Below are positions 6,241-15,866 of a stretch of 33,934 bases of DNA, in pieces. Numbering within the stretch: position 1 is the stretch's first letter; each line of letters starts with the position of its first letter. Origin of the DNA: an uncultured Mariniphaga sp. (lineage in GTDB: Bacteria; Bacteroidota; Bacteroidia; Bacteroidales; Prolixibacteraceae); assembly GCA_964559175.1 (NCBI GenBank), contig CAZLGT010000015.1:48660-82593 (forward strand), written 5' to 3'. The position numbers were made by a program, and so were the translations under genes. The notes beneath the pieces are model-generated. The model did no database searches. It saw only the letters and a list, made by a program, of their open reading frames with translations, and was not told the DNA's origin.

Positions 6241-8625
6241 ATGGAGAGAATAGTAATACTTGTTTCAGTCTTTATTCTGTTGGTTTTTCACGTAAGATCA
6301 GAAGATACCGGTGCTTCGGGGCAGGTAATAAGAGGTACAGTGATTGACAAACAGACCCGCATGCCCCTGCCGGGGGCCAATGTTATTTTGCTCGGCTCCG
6401 ATCCGCTTTTGGCAACGGCTACCAACCAGGATGGCGAGTTTCGCCTCACAAATGTTCCACTGGGAAGGCAAAGCATTTTGGTGAGTTTCATCGGTTATCA
6501 CAACGGGCTGGTAAATAACCTGATTGTGAATTCAGGCCGCGAGACTTTGCTTTTGATTGAACTGGAAGAGAGGGTGGAAGTTACAGAAGAGGTTGTGGTG
6601 GTGGGCAATTACCGGAAAGATTTGGCATTGAACCAGATGGCCAGTGTGAGTGCGCGCACTTTTACCGTTGAGGAGGCAGGCCGTTATGCCGGCACCCGTG
6701 AAGATGTGGCGCGTATGGCCGTCAATTTTGCCGGCGTGTCAGGCGCTAACGATTCACGAAACGATATCATTGTAAGAGGAAATACACCCGGCGGCATTTT
6801 GTGGCGCCTGGATGATGTGGATATTCCCAACCCCAACCATTTTGCGGCCTCGGGAACAACCGGCGGACCGGTGGGGATGCTGAACAACAACACCCTCCGG
6901 AACTCCGATTTTTTCACAGGCGCTTTCCCGGCTGAGTACGGCAACGTATTTTCAGGTGTTTTCGATTTGAAAATGCGGGAGGGGAACAACGAAAAACATG
7001 AGTTTTTGGGACAGGTTGGCTTTAACGGTTTTGAACTGGGCGCCGAAGGGCCGTTTAAAAAGGGAAGTAAAAGTTCTTTCCTGGCCAACTACCGGTATTC
7101 CACGTTGCAGATTTTCGATATGCTTGGTATCAGCTTCGGCACATCCGGCATTCCTAAATACCAGGATTTAAGTTTTAAAATGAATTTCCCAACAAAAAAG
7201 GGGAAAATAAGTTGGTTCGGCCTTGCCGGAAAAAGCTCTATTTCCATGCTCGACAGCGAGGATAACTCTGCCGACCTTTATACCAACGAAGGAATGAACC
7301 TGGAAAACGGATCCAATTCGCTGGCTACCGGGGTCAATATGGTCCGTTTTCATAACGAAAACACATACAGTAAGATTGTTTTTTCTTACGTCAATCAAAA
7401 CGGTTTTACTGACCTGGATGAGTTTGACCCGGGAGAGGAGCCTGCCCCATCGTACCGCGAAAACAACCTGGAAGACCGGCTTTCGTTCAGGTATATTTTG
7501 AACCGAAAATTTAGCCGGAAGCTGTCGAACAGATCAGGTTTTACAATCGACCGGTTTGGTTACCGGCTCGATTCCAAAAGCTGGAAGGAAAATGACAATC
7601 GGTGGGAGTACTGGCTTAACAACAAAAAAGCGGTTTTTGAAGGCCCAAACCTTTACCAGGCCTATTCCCAGGCGATTTATAAGTTTTCCGATCAATTCGA
7701 AATTAAGCCGGGCATTCATTTGATGTATTTTGGATTGAACGACCGGTTTTCTCTTGAACCCCGGTTTGGGGCCAGTTGGAAAACAAGCCCCGGCACCAGT
7801 CTGAATTTTGGTTACGGAAAGCATTCAAAAGTACAGTCGATGGCCACTTATTTTATCGAATCGGTTACCAGTCAGGGCGAAATTGTGTTAACCAACAAAA
7901 ACCTCGGGTTTACCAAAACACATCACATGGTCCTTGGTTTTGATGCGTTGCTTTCGCAGCACCTGCGGTTTAAAACAGAAGCTTATTACCAGTATTTATT
8001 CGATGTGCCGGTGGAGAAAAAGCCTTCGTATTTCAGCCTTTTGAATACAGGGGCAAACTGGGGACTAAACACCCGCGACAACATGTTTAACGGCGGCGAA
8101 GGCTGGAATTACGGCGTGGAATTAACACTGGAAAAATTCTACCATAAAAATTTCTATTTTCTGACAACCCTATCCCTTTTCGACTCGAAATATACCGGGA
8201 GCGACGGGGTAAAACGAAATACCGCATTTAACGGGAATTTTGTTTTTAATGCTTTGGCCGGCAGGGAGTTTGCGATAAACAGCACGTCAACCCTTGTTTT
8301 CGATGCCCGGCTGACCTGGGCCGGGGGCAAACGTTACACTCCAATCGATATCGAAGCTTCGCGAAACACAAACGAACCGTTTGGCACCGAATACCATTAC
8401 GACCAGGCATATTCGCAGCAGTTTCCCGATTACGTAAAAGCCGACGTAAAAATCGGGTTCCGCAAGGATGGGAAAAAAGTTTCGCAGCTATGGGAATTTT
8501 ATGTGGAAAACATAACCAACCACAAAAACCCGCTGAACCAATCGTTCAGCAAAAGCAAAGATGCCATCGAAACCGTTTATCAGTTGGGTTTTTTCCCGTT
8601 GTTTAACTACCGGATTTATTTCTGA
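6241..8625 (+). CDS. TonB-dependent outer-membrane receptor. It has an N-terminal carboxypeptidase-regulatory-like domain, then a plug and a beta-barrel.
   Basis: N-terminal domain GQVIRGTVIDKQTRMPLPGANVIL...GEFRL. The TonB-box region is EEVVVVG and the plug carries IIVRGNTPGG. The protein ends in a C-terminal Phe (NYRIYF), typical of outer-membrane barrels. I prefer the start at 6241 (MERIVILVSVFILLVF, a signal peptide) over the track start at 6148. Confidence 0.8.
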   Translation: MERIVILVSVFILLVFHVRSEDTGASGQVIRGTVIDKQTRMPLPGANVILLGSDPLLATATNQDGEFRLTNVPLGRQSILVSFIGYHNGLVNNLIVNSGRETLLLIELEERVEVTEEVVVVGNYRKDLALNQMASVSARTFTVEEAGRYAGTREDVARMAVNFAGVSGANDSRNDIIVRGNTPGGILWRLDDVDIPNPNHFAASGTTGGPVGMLNNNTLRNSDFFTGAFPAEYGNVFSGVFDLKMREGNNEKHEFLGQVGFNGFELGAEGPFKKGSKSSFLANYRYSTLQIFDMLGISFGTSGIPKYQDLSFKMNFPTKKGKISWFGLAGKSSISMLDSEDNSADLYTNEGMNLENGSNSLATGVNMVRFHNENTYSKIVFSYVNQNGFTDLDEFDPGEEPAPSYRENNLEDRLSFRYILNRKFSRKLSNRSGFTIDRFGYRLDSKSWKENDNRWEYWLNNKKAVFEGPNLYQAYSQAIYKFSDQFEIKPGIHLMYFGLNDRFSLEPRFGASWKTSPGTSLNFGYGKHSKVQSMATYFIESVTSQGEIVLTNKNLGFTKTHHMVLGFDALLSQHLRFKTEAYYQYLFDVPVEKKPSYFSLLNTGANWGLNTRDNMFNGGEGWNYGVELTLEKFYHKNFYFLTTLSLFDSKYTGSDGVKRNTAFNGNFVFNALAGREFAINSTSTLVFDARLTWAGGKRYTPIDIEASRNTNEPFGTEYHYDQAYSQQFPDYVKADVKIGFRKDGKKVSQLWEFYVENITNHKNPLNQSFSKSKDAIETVYQLGFFPLFNYRIYF
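8592..8625. repeat. Left copy of a 34-bp perfect direct repeat, TTTCCCGTTGTTTAACTACCGGATTTATTTCTGA.
   Basis: Identical to 9980-10013. It contains the last codons and stop of the TonB-dependent receptor on the plus strand, and the last codons and stop (IQK*) of the ATPase gene on the minus strand. Confidence 0.85.
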
Positions 8626-9917
8626 ATATGAATGTTTTGCAACCAGTTTAAAACCTTTGTTACTTCAATTCTTAAACCGTTGCTTTCAATTATTTCTTCT
8701 TTATCCCATGTAATAATCAGCAATCTGTTACAGGAAAGTTCATCAGAGGCTTCCTTCAATGCACTGATTTCGCGTTTTAATGTTTTTTGGTGAGAAAGGT
8801 CATAACATACCTGAATCAATTGTTCTGTCCTGTGTCCTTTCCGCAAAAGAAAATCAATCTCCCTTTTGTTGCGGGTATGGTAGTAAAACAAATCCAAACC
8901 AGGCCGGTAATTTCGTCGAAGGAGTTCAACAAATATCAAATTTTCAAGGAGTCTGCCAAAATTGGGAGAAAGCTCAAATGACCGGGCTTTAATAAATCCA
9001 TTATCAATGATATAGATTTTACGTGGCGATTTTTGCTGGTTTTTTATTTTTGAAGAGTAGCGTGTTAAATTCACGAAGAGGTAAGGTTCTTCCAAATAGT
9101 CGATAAATTTCTGAACAGTAGTTACACTGTTGAAATTCAATTCTGTTTTAAGCTGGTTTGAAGTATATGGATTGGTGTAGTTTGTTAGCAGGTAGTTTGC
9201 CAAATCGTATAGTTGCTGCGTTTGGCGGATGCGAAAACGTTTCAGAATATCTTTCAGAAGGATCGAATCAAAAAGTGAGCTTAGATAATTTTTTAATAAA
9301 GTCGGATTCAAAACTGTTTCAGGATATCCCCCGTTTTGCAGGTAGTTTGCAAGGAAATTCAGAATGTTTCCTTTTTGAGAGGGGGTAATATCGTTTTCAT
9401 CGGTTATCTTTAAATTGCTTACTTGTATTGCTTCAGTAAAACTAAAAGGAAAGACAGCAATTTGAACAAATCTCCCGGTAAGAGCTGATGCTAACTCATG
9501 CGAAAGAAGTTTTGAGTTAGAGCCCGTAAGAACAATATTTGCGCCACGTCGATACAATTTATTGACCCACAATTCCCAATTGGGCAGGTTTTGTATTTCG
9601 TCGAGAAGAATGTATCCATAACCGCTGTACACCTCATTTAAGGTTTGGATAACAGTATTTTCATCAAAATTTTTTAAAAGTAGATCATCGTCAAAATTGA
9701 GGTATGCAAATTTTTTATTTTTTAAAAGTTGAAGTGCTAATACAGATTTTCCTGCTCTTCTGGGACCGGTGATGAGTTTTATCAACCCCGAATTAAGGTA
9801 GTCAGCAATGGCATCTTCCTTTAGCCGGTTGATATATTTTAGGCTGAGTAAGAGATCCCGTTCTTCCTTCTGTTGGATTATTATATTTTTGACCAATAGT
9901 TCCATTGTAATGGACAA
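8616..9917 (-). CDS. COG1373-type ATPase with an N-terminal AAA domain and a C-terminal DUF4143 domain.
   Basis: Walker A ITGPRRAGKSVLALQ and Walker B ILLDEIQ. The overall 433-aa architecture matches the abundant AAA+DUF4143 family of unknown function. Its stop codon and last two codons lie inside the left 34-bp direct repeat. Confidence 0.8.
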   Translation of the reverse strand: MSITMELLVKNIIIQQKEERDLLLSLKYINRLKEDAIADYLNSGLIKLITGPRRAGKSVLALQLLKNKKFAYLNFDDDLLLKNFDENTVIQTLNEVYSGYGYILLDEIQNLPNWELWVNKLYRRGANIVLTGSNSKLLSHELASALTGRFVQIAVFPFSFTEAIQVSNLKITDENDITPSQKGNILNFLANYLQNGGYPETVLNPTLLKNYLSSLFDSILLKDILKRFRIRQTQQLYDLANYLLTNYTNPYTSNQLKTELNFNSVTTVQKFIDYLEEPYLFVNLTRYSSKIKNQQKSPRKIYIIDNGFIKARSFELSPNFGRLLENLIFVELLRRNYRPGLDLFYYHTRNKREIDFLLRKGHRTEQLIQVCYDLSHQKTLKREISALKEASDELSCNRLLIITWDKEEIIESNGLRIEVTKVLNWLQNIHIQK

Positions 9918-9979
9918 AAATAAGATATTTTATCCATTACGAATATTTTTTAGGACAAAAATGAATATTCAGTCTACTA

Positions 9980-10013
9980 TTTCCCGTTGTTTAACTACCG
10001 GATTTATTTCTGA
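9980..10013. repeat. Right copy of the 34-bp perfect direct repeat.
   Basis: Identical to 8592-8625. It contains the last three codons and stop of the flotillin gene (minus strand). Confidence 0.85.
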
Positions 10014-11464
10014 TTTCGAAATTCCCCTGGATTTTCTTCCTTGTTTTTAACTGAAGAGTCAGCCTGTTGGGATTTACCTTCTGTTCCTTCCTTTTCGGGT
10101 TCTTCATCAGGAGTGCCTTTCAAATAATTTGGCAATTCCATTCCAGCCGATTTAAAAACGTCTTCGAGTGGTGGGATTGAACCAAACAAGCCTTGCATAA
10201 AATTGGCTGTTGATGTTTTTCCGTCTTTCCCGTTTCCGGTTTCCCAAACGGTAACTTTATCGATTTTGATGTTTTTAATGGCTTCTACCTGTGTTTTCAC
10301 CAATTCAGGCAATTTGTCGGCAATCATCATCAAAACAGCTTTTTGCGCATCGTTTCCGGCAGCTTTAACCAGCTGGTCGAAACCTTCGGCCTGCTTGCTT
10401 AAAATTTCAAAAATACCCTTTCCTTCAGCGGCCATTTTCATAAAAATGGCATCCGCTTCACCTTTGGCAATCCGGCGGGTTTGTTCGGCAACTGCTTCGG
10501 CATCAATTTCAACTTTTTGTTTATCAATTTCTGCCGGAACAACAATGTTGGCAGTTTGGGTTGCTTTGTCGCGTTGTGCCCTTACTTCCTCAGCCAGTTT
10601 TTCTGCTGCATACGCTTCTTCAAGGGCGCGTGCATCGGTAACTTTTTCAGCGGCTACGGCACGGCGGTTTGCTTCAGCTTCCTTTTCGCGGCGGTCGGCA
10701 TCCGAATTGGCAATGGTTACCTTGGCAACGTTCTCTCCTTCAACGGCAGTTGCATCGGCGCTGGCTACCTGCACACGTTGTTCGCGGTGTGCCATTGCCT
10801 GCCCGATTTCTCCATCGCGGTTTTTCTCGGCCACACTTTTTTTGGCATCGTTAATGGCTTTTGCAGCAGCTTCCTTTCCTAAAGCGTCAATATAACCCGA
10901 CTCATCGTTAATGTCGGTTACGTTTACGTTAATGAGTTTTAACCCGATTTTTTTCAATTCGGCTTCCACATTTGAAGAAACGGCTGCGAGGAAAAGATCG
11001 CGGTTGCTGTTAATTTCCTCAATTTCCATGGTAGCCACCACCAAACGTAGCTGACCAAAAATAATGTCTTTTGCCAGGTTGCTTATGGCATCCTGCGAAA
11101 GCCCCAAAAGCCTTTCTGCTGCATTGTTCATTACACTTGGCTCGGTTGAAATACCTACTGTAAAACGCGAGGGTACATCAACTCGTATATTTTGTTTGCT
11201 TAACGCATTTGTAAGGTTGATTTCGATGGATAATGGTGTTAAATCGAGAAAGGCATAGGAATGGATAATTGGCCAAATAAAAGCAGCACCTCCATGGATG
11301 CACTTGGCAGAGCGGTTTTCGCGATCGGCGCCTTTGCCAACTTTTCCATACACAACTAAAATTCGGTCGGAGGGGCAACGTTTGTACCGCCTCATCATTG
11401 CCACAATAATAATAAACAGAAATAGTGCAATAATGCTAATCAGGATTACAAAATAGTCATTCAT
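10004..11464 (-). CDS. Flotillin-like SPFH/band-7 family protein of the YqiK/FloT type.
   Basis: N-terminal transmembrane segment, SPFH domain and a long Ala/Glu-rich coiled-coil region (EAEANRRAVAAEKV...). It lies directly downstream of an NfeD-like gene. Confidence 0.85.
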   Translation of the reverse strand: MNDYFVILISIIALFLFIIIVAMMRRYKRCPSDRILVVYGKVGKGADRENRSAKCIHGGAAFIWPIIHSYAFLDLTPLSIEINLTNALSKQNIRVDVPSRFTVGISTEPSVMNNAAERLLGLSQDAISNLAKDIIFGQLRLVVATMEIEEINSNRDLFLAAVSSNVEAELKKIGLKLINVNVTDINDESGYIDALGKEAAAKAINDAKKSVAEKNRDGEIGQAMAHREQRVQVASADATAVEGENVAKVTIANSDADRREKEAEANRRAVAAEKVTDARALEEAYAAEKLAEEVRAQRDKATQTANIVVPAEIDKQKVEIDAEAVAEQTRRIAKGEADAIFMKMAAEGKGIFEILSKQAEGFDQLVKAAGNDAQKAVLMMIADKLPELVKTQVEAIKNIKIDKVTVWETGNGKDGKTSTANFMQGLFGSIPPLEDVFKSAGMELPNYLKGTPDEEPEKEGTEGKSQQADSSVKNKEENPGEFRNQK

Positions 11465-11485
11465 TTTAATATGTTTTTTGTATAA

Positions 11486-12082
11486 TTAAATTCCTTGTTT
11501 TTTAACGAGGAGAATCTGGTCGTCGATAACATCAATCACTTGAATTATTGAGGATGTAGGGATAGTTTCCGGTTCGTCGGTAATGGCATCGAGCGTTCGG
11601 ATTGAGCCTTGCACATTTAACTGTACTTTGCCCATGCCGTTCCTTTTTGCAGGAATAACAAGATAAACTTCGCCTAATTTGCCAATGGCATTTTTCATTT
11701 TTAATGTGCCGCTTTCGGCAAGTTTCGACATAAAATAGAACAGCGCGCCCATGGCAATCATCATCACTAACCCACAAATGGTTGCCAAAAGAATTACAAG
11801 CCATGAGGGCAGCCCCGCATTGATAAAGCCAACTCCCGACCAGCCAAAAACGGCAAAAAAAGCAACAATATTTTTTAGCGATAAAAATTGAAACGGAATG
11901 GTGTCGCCATCGGCAATGCCGGCATCAACATCGGTATCCACATCAACGTCGGCATCGCTTCCCAAAACGGTGAGCACCAAAAGAACCAGGAAAATTACCG
12001 TTGCCGGGATGGTGATTACCCAAAATACCTGTTCGAAGATTCCCACTTCGGACCAATTGGGGAGGATTGAGTTAATTAGCAT
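11486..12082 (-). CDS. NfeD-like membrane protein of the YqiJ type, the usual partner of SPFH/flotillin proteins.
   Basis: Multi-transmembrane N-terminus followed by a C-terminal soluble beta-domain. The gene order NfeD-flotillin is the conserved one. Confidence 0.75.
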   Translation of the reverse strand: MLINSILPNWSEVGIFEQVFWVITIPATVIFLVLLVLTVLGSDADVDVDTDVDAGIADGDTIPFQFLSLKNIVAFFAVFGWSGVGFINAGLPSWLVILLATICGLVMMIAMGALFYFMSKLAESGTLKMKNAIGKLGEVYLVIPAKRNGMGKVQLNVQGSIRTLDAITDEPETIPTSSIIQVIDVIDDQILLVKKQGI

Positions 12083-12165
12083 TGGATAAGTGTTTTTATT
12101 TTGACATAAATTTAACTTAATAAGTAATTACATCAAAACACTTATTACACAGGAAAGCACTTTTT

Positions 12166-12189
12166 TTTAAAAAAATGCTGAAAAGTGTA
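12166..12189 (-). terminator. AT-rich palindromic hairpin directly after the actE stop. A possible terminator.
   Basis: AGCAC-TTTTTTTT-AAAAAAA-TGCT. The stem is A/U-rich and the stop codon sits 2 nt upstream on the minus strand, so this is a weak prediction. Confidence 0.3.
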
Positions 12190-12191
12190 AA

Positions 12192-12758
12192 TTACTCGTT
12201 TTCTTTTGCTTGCAAATGCCGGATATAATTCACCAATTGCCACGTATCTTCCACCGAAATTTGCGGGCCGTGGGCGCCCATCACACCAAAACCGGCGCGG
12301 ATGTTATGGAAAAGCTGGCCGTCGGTTTTATTGAGTGCCCGCTCGGTGAAGTAACTGGCAGGCGGAATGGGATACTTTCCGGAAGTAAACAAGGTGCCCT
12401 GTCCATCGCCGTTGTCTCCATGGCATACCAGACAAAAGCGGTCGTAAGCCAGTTTGGCGCGGTCAAAATCCAATTCACCTGAAAACGGGTTTTCCAGTGA
12501 AGCGGCTTTCAACTCATCTTCGGGTGTTTTTTCAAAGTTGAAAGCATGTTCATGAATGGCCACCGTTCCTTCAACCGGTCCAACCATAGTTTTTCCCTCC
12601 GGCAGGTTTGGGTTTGCGCTCCAGGTTTCATACGCCTGCGACTTTTCCATGTCGTTGAAGTAACTCCAGCCGGGTTCGTTGCGGTTTTCGTCGCACGAGG
12701 CAAAAAGTGCAAGGGCTGCAATAAACCCCATCCAATGTGATATTTTAAATGTTTTCAT
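12192..12758 (-). CDS. actE: Monoheme cytochrome c lipoprotein, ActE-like, of Alternative Complex III.
   Basis: One CxxCH motif (CLVCHGDNGDG), plus a signal peptide and lipobox (ALALFASCDE). I prefer the start at 12758 (MKTFKISHW) to the track start at 12926. Confidence 0.8.
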   Translation of the reverse strand: MKTFKISHWMGFIAALALFASCDENRNEPGWSYFNDMEKSQAYETWSANPNLPEGKTMVGPVEGTVAIHEHAFNFEKTPEDELKAASLENPFSGELDFDRAKLAYDRFCLVCHGDNGDGQGTLFTSGKYPIPPASYFTERALNKTDGQLFHNIRAGFGVMGAHGPQISVEDTWQLVNYIRHLQAKENE

Positions 12759-13938
12759 ACTCTGAACTTTCAATAAAATAGGGATGATTTTCGGGTACCG
12801 GTTTCGCTTTTTCAAACGAAATAAAGAAGATTGCAAGAAAAGCTGCCAGGTAAAAGAAAGGCAATCCGATTTCAAGGAATCCGATTTTAGCGGCTTCGTG
12901 TCCAACGGCTCCGGGCATAATGGCAAGCCACAGGTCGAGGTAGTGGCCTAACAGCACAATGAGAGCAACAACTGCCAGAATGGTTGTTTGCCGTTTCGAG
13001 TTTCGTGTCATTAAAGCGAAAAAAGGTACTGTAAAATTGACGATCAGGTTCAGGTAAAACAGGGAATTGAAATGTTCGATCCGTTCAACGTAATACACCG
13101 TTTCTTCGGGGATATTACTGTACCATATCAACAGATACTGGCTTAGCCACAGATATGCCCAGAAAATGCTGAACCCAAAAAGGTATTTTCCCAAATCGTG
13201 CAAATGCTCTTCGTTTACGTTGGGTAAAATGTTGAATTTTTTAAATGCGATTGTAATCAGAATGATAACTGCAACGGCTGCTACAAACATTCCGGAGAAA
13301 ATGTACCAGCCGTAGAGGGTGCTGAACCAGTGGGCATCGATAGACATGAGCCAGTCCCATGCAGCCATGAAGCTGGTGATGGCAAAGATAACCATGAACC
13401 AGCCCGAGGTACTTCGCAGCCGGGCAAGGTATTTTTCATGCGGTTCAAAATCGTTTTTTACCGAAATTTTTCGCAGATAAACAGCAAAAAAGCTCCAAAG
13501 CGCAAAATAAATGGCAAGTCTAAACATCCAGAAGGGTATATTGAGGTAGGGTGTTTTTTCCTGAAGCAGCCGATCCAGTTGTCCGGTGTGTGTCCATTCA
13601 AAAAGGTTTCTCATCCCGGGGAAAGCCACAATAAAGAAGATGACAGCGAAAGGTATGGTAATACCCATCGATTCCATGATGCGCTGAATATTAATTTGCC
13701 ACGACGATTCGCCAAGCGTGTTGACTGTCCAGAAAAACAGTGCCCCAAGGCCCAGGAACAAAAACATCAGGGCATTCATCCAGAGGTTGGCCCAGATTCG
13801 GGAAGCAGGCGCCTGTTCAATAAAAACAGCCCAGAGTAATGCAATTACTCCTACACCAGCTGCAATGGCGAGCCACAGTTTTAGTTTTTTCTCAAATCTG
13901 AAAGGAACGGCATCCGGTATCTCTTTTTTCTCCATCAT
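12745..13938 (-). CDS. actF: ACIII membrane subunit, ActF-like (quinone-binding subunit 2). A polytopic membrane protein.
   Basis: 397 aa with many predicted transmembrane helices and Trp/Tyr-rich helices typical of the NrfD/ActC/ActF family. It sits inside the act operon between actD and the cytochrome c gene. Confidence 0.65.
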   Translation of the reverse strand: MMEKKEIPDAVPFRFEKKLKLWLAIAAGVGVIALLWAVFIEQAPASRIWANLWMNALMFLFLGLGALFFWTVNTLGESSWQINIQRIMESMGITIPFAVIFFIVAFPGMRNLFEWTHTGQLDRLLQEKTPYLNIPFWMFRLAIYFALWSFFAVYLRKISVKNDFEPHEKYLARLRSTSGWFMVIFAITSFMAAWDWLMSIDAHWFSTLYGWYIFSGMFVAAVAVIILITIAFKKFNILPNVNEEHLHDLGKYLFGFSIFWAYLWLSQYLLIWYSNIPEETVYYVERIEHFNSLFYLNLIVNFTVPFFALMTRNSKRQTTILAVVALIVLLGHYLDLWLAIMPGAVGHEAAKIGFLEIGLPFFYLAAFLAIFFISFEKAKPVPENHPYFIESSEYENI

Positions 13939-14456
13939 TTTTCTCCATTTACATGTTTAACATCAAGCGCACCGGTGGCGGAAAGGGCTTCAGATAATTC
14001 AGTTTCAGAAAGGCGATTCTCTTTTTCAGAAAGAATGATTTGAAAATGGTCATCGGTAACATTTTCGTCGAGAATGTCTGGAATTGACCCGGGGCCCAGG
14101 TTCGAGCGCACCAGAAACGCAATTCCCATGGCAAAAGCGGCAAAAAGTATGGTAATTTCAAATGTTCCGGGAATAAACGAAAGCACCGAGAAATAGGGCT
14201 TTCCGCCAAAATTGAGCGGCCAGCCTTCGGTGAACACCCAGTATTGAAAGTAGAACATAAGCACTGCTCCGGCAACTCCGGCAATAAATGCCACCTTGGG
14301 TAAATGCGACCGACGGTATTTCAGGGCTTTATCCAGTCCATGCACCGGAAACGGTGTCCGCACATCGGCAATCCGGATACCTTTGTTTTGAAGCTCTTTT
14401 ACAGCCTTCAGCAAATCGGGCTCATCGGTAAAATGTCCGTAAACAATTGCTCCCAT
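13935..14456 (-). CDS. actD: ACIII subunit ActD (DUF3341 family membrane protein).
   Basis: 173 aa. The N-terminal soluble segment GAIVYGHFTDEPDLLKAVKELQNKGIRIADVRTPFPVHGLD is followed by transmembrane helices. Position in the operon is right. Confidence 0.75.
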   Translation of the reverse strand: MGAIVYGHFTDEPDLLKAVKELQNKGIRIADVRTPFPVHGLDKALKYRRSHLPKVAFIAGVAGAVLMFYFQYWVFTEGWPLNFGGKPYFSVLSFIPGTFEITILFAAFAMGIAFLVRSNLGPGSIPDILDENVTDDHFQIILSEKENRLSETELSEALSATGALDVKHVNGEK

Positions 14457-14458
14457 AA

Positions 14459-15853
14459 CTACTGTTTTTCTGATGGTTGATTCTTGACTGGTTTTCCAAT
14501 AAACTTTCGGGCCGAAGATCGCAAAACCGATTTCACTTCAGCCAGCGCAATAACCGGAAACACCCTGATAAAAAGAAAGAACAGGGTAAAAAACAATCCG
14601 AAGGTTCCAAGGTAAATGGCTACTTCCACCCAGGTTGGTTTATACATCGACCAGCTCGATGGCAAATAATCACGGTGGAGCGATGTAACAACAATCACAA
14701 AACGCTCGAACCACATCCCGATATTTATAAAAATGGACAGCACAAAGGTGAATGTCAGGTTTCGCCTCAGTTTTTTAAACCAAAGCAACTGCGGTGAAAT
14801 AACGTTGCAGGTCATCATAATCCAGTATGCCCAGGCATAAGGCCCCATGGCCCTGTTCAAAAATGCATAGCGCTCGTATTCCACTCCGCTGTACCAGGCC
14901 ATGAACAGCTCGGTAATGTATGCAATACCCACAATGGATCCGGTAGCAATAATCACTTTGTTCATGGATTCCACGTGGCCAACGGTAATGTACTCCTGCA
15001 GATTCAGGACTTTTCGGGTTACTATCATCAGTGTGAGAACCATGGCAAAACCCGAAAATACAGCTCCGGAAACAAAATAGGGCGGAAAAATGGTGGTGTG
15101 CCAGCCGGGAATGACCGAAGTGGCGAAGTCGAAACTCACAATGGTGTGCACCGAAAGCACAAGCGGCGCCGCCAGACCAGCGAGGATTAGGCTCATCGAT
15201 TCGTGCCGCTGCCAGTGACGTGCCGAACCTTTCCACCCGAAACTCAGAAAATTATAGACTTTCTTTTTCCAAAGCGTTTTCATGCGGTCGCGAATGGTTC
15301 CCAAATCGGGGATGAGGCCCATGTACCAGAAAAGCAGTGAAACCAGAAGATAAGCGGTAATGGCAAAAACGTCCCACAAAAGGGGCGAGTTAAAGTTGAC
15401 CCAAAGTTCGCGGGTATTGGGGTAGGGCAGAATGAAAAATCCCAGCGGCAGCCGCCCCATGTGAATGAGCGGGAAGAGCCCGGCGCACATAACGGCAAAG
15501 ATGGTCATGGCTTCGGCAGCACGGTTGATGCTGGTTCGCCATTTTTGCCTGAAAAGCAGCAGAATGGCAGAGATAAATGTGCCTGCATGGCCAATACCTA
15601 CCCACCATACGAAATTGGTGATTCCCCATCCCCAGCCGATGGTGCGGTTTACGCCCCATGTGCCAATTCCAAACCAAACGGTGTAGCCAATCATGGCAAA
15701 ACCAACAAGCATAACCAGCATGGAAATGCCAAGACCAACAAACCATAATTTTCCCGGTTTGGCACGGATGGGCGCCATCACATCGTTGGTGATGTCTTTG
15801 TAACTTTTTTCTCCGTTAATTAATGGTTCTCTTACCGGTGATACGTGCATCAT
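14459..15853 (-). CDS. actC: ACIII quinol-binding membrane subunit ActC (NrfD/PsrC family).
   Basis: 464-aa polytopic membrane protein of the NrfD type, immediately downstream of actB. Confidence 0.85.
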   Translation of the reverse strand: MMHVSPVREPLINGEKSYKDITNDVMAPIRAKPGKLWFVGLGISMLVMLVGFAMIGYTVWFGIGTWGVNRTIGWGWGITNFVWWVGIGHAGTFISAILLLFRQKWRTSINRAAEAMTIFAVMCAGLFPLIHMGRLPLGFFILPYPNTRELWVNFNSPLLWDVFAITAYLLVSLLFWYMGLIPDLGTIRDRMKTLWKKKVYNFLSFGWKGSARHWQRHESMSLILAGLAAPLVLSVHTIVSFDFATSVIPGWHTTIFPPYFVSGAVFSGFAMVLTLMIVTRKVLNLQEYITVGHVESMNKVIIATGSIVGIAYITELFMAWYSGVEYERYAFLNRAMGPYAWAYWIMMTCNVISPQLLWFKKLRRNLTFTFVLSIFINIGMWFERFVIVVTSLHRDYLPSSWSMYKPTWVEVAIYLGTFGLFFTLFFLFIRVFPVIALAEVKSVLRSSARKFIGKPVKNQPSEKQ

Positions 15854-15866
15854 CTTTCGGTTAGTT

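Noticed and set aside
12166-12189. A strong Rho-independent terminator call at the AT-palindrome after actE.
   Set aside because: The stem is almost pure A/U (AGCA + U7 / A7 + UGCU) and has no distinct downstream U-run. It is kept only as a low-confidence terminator feature.
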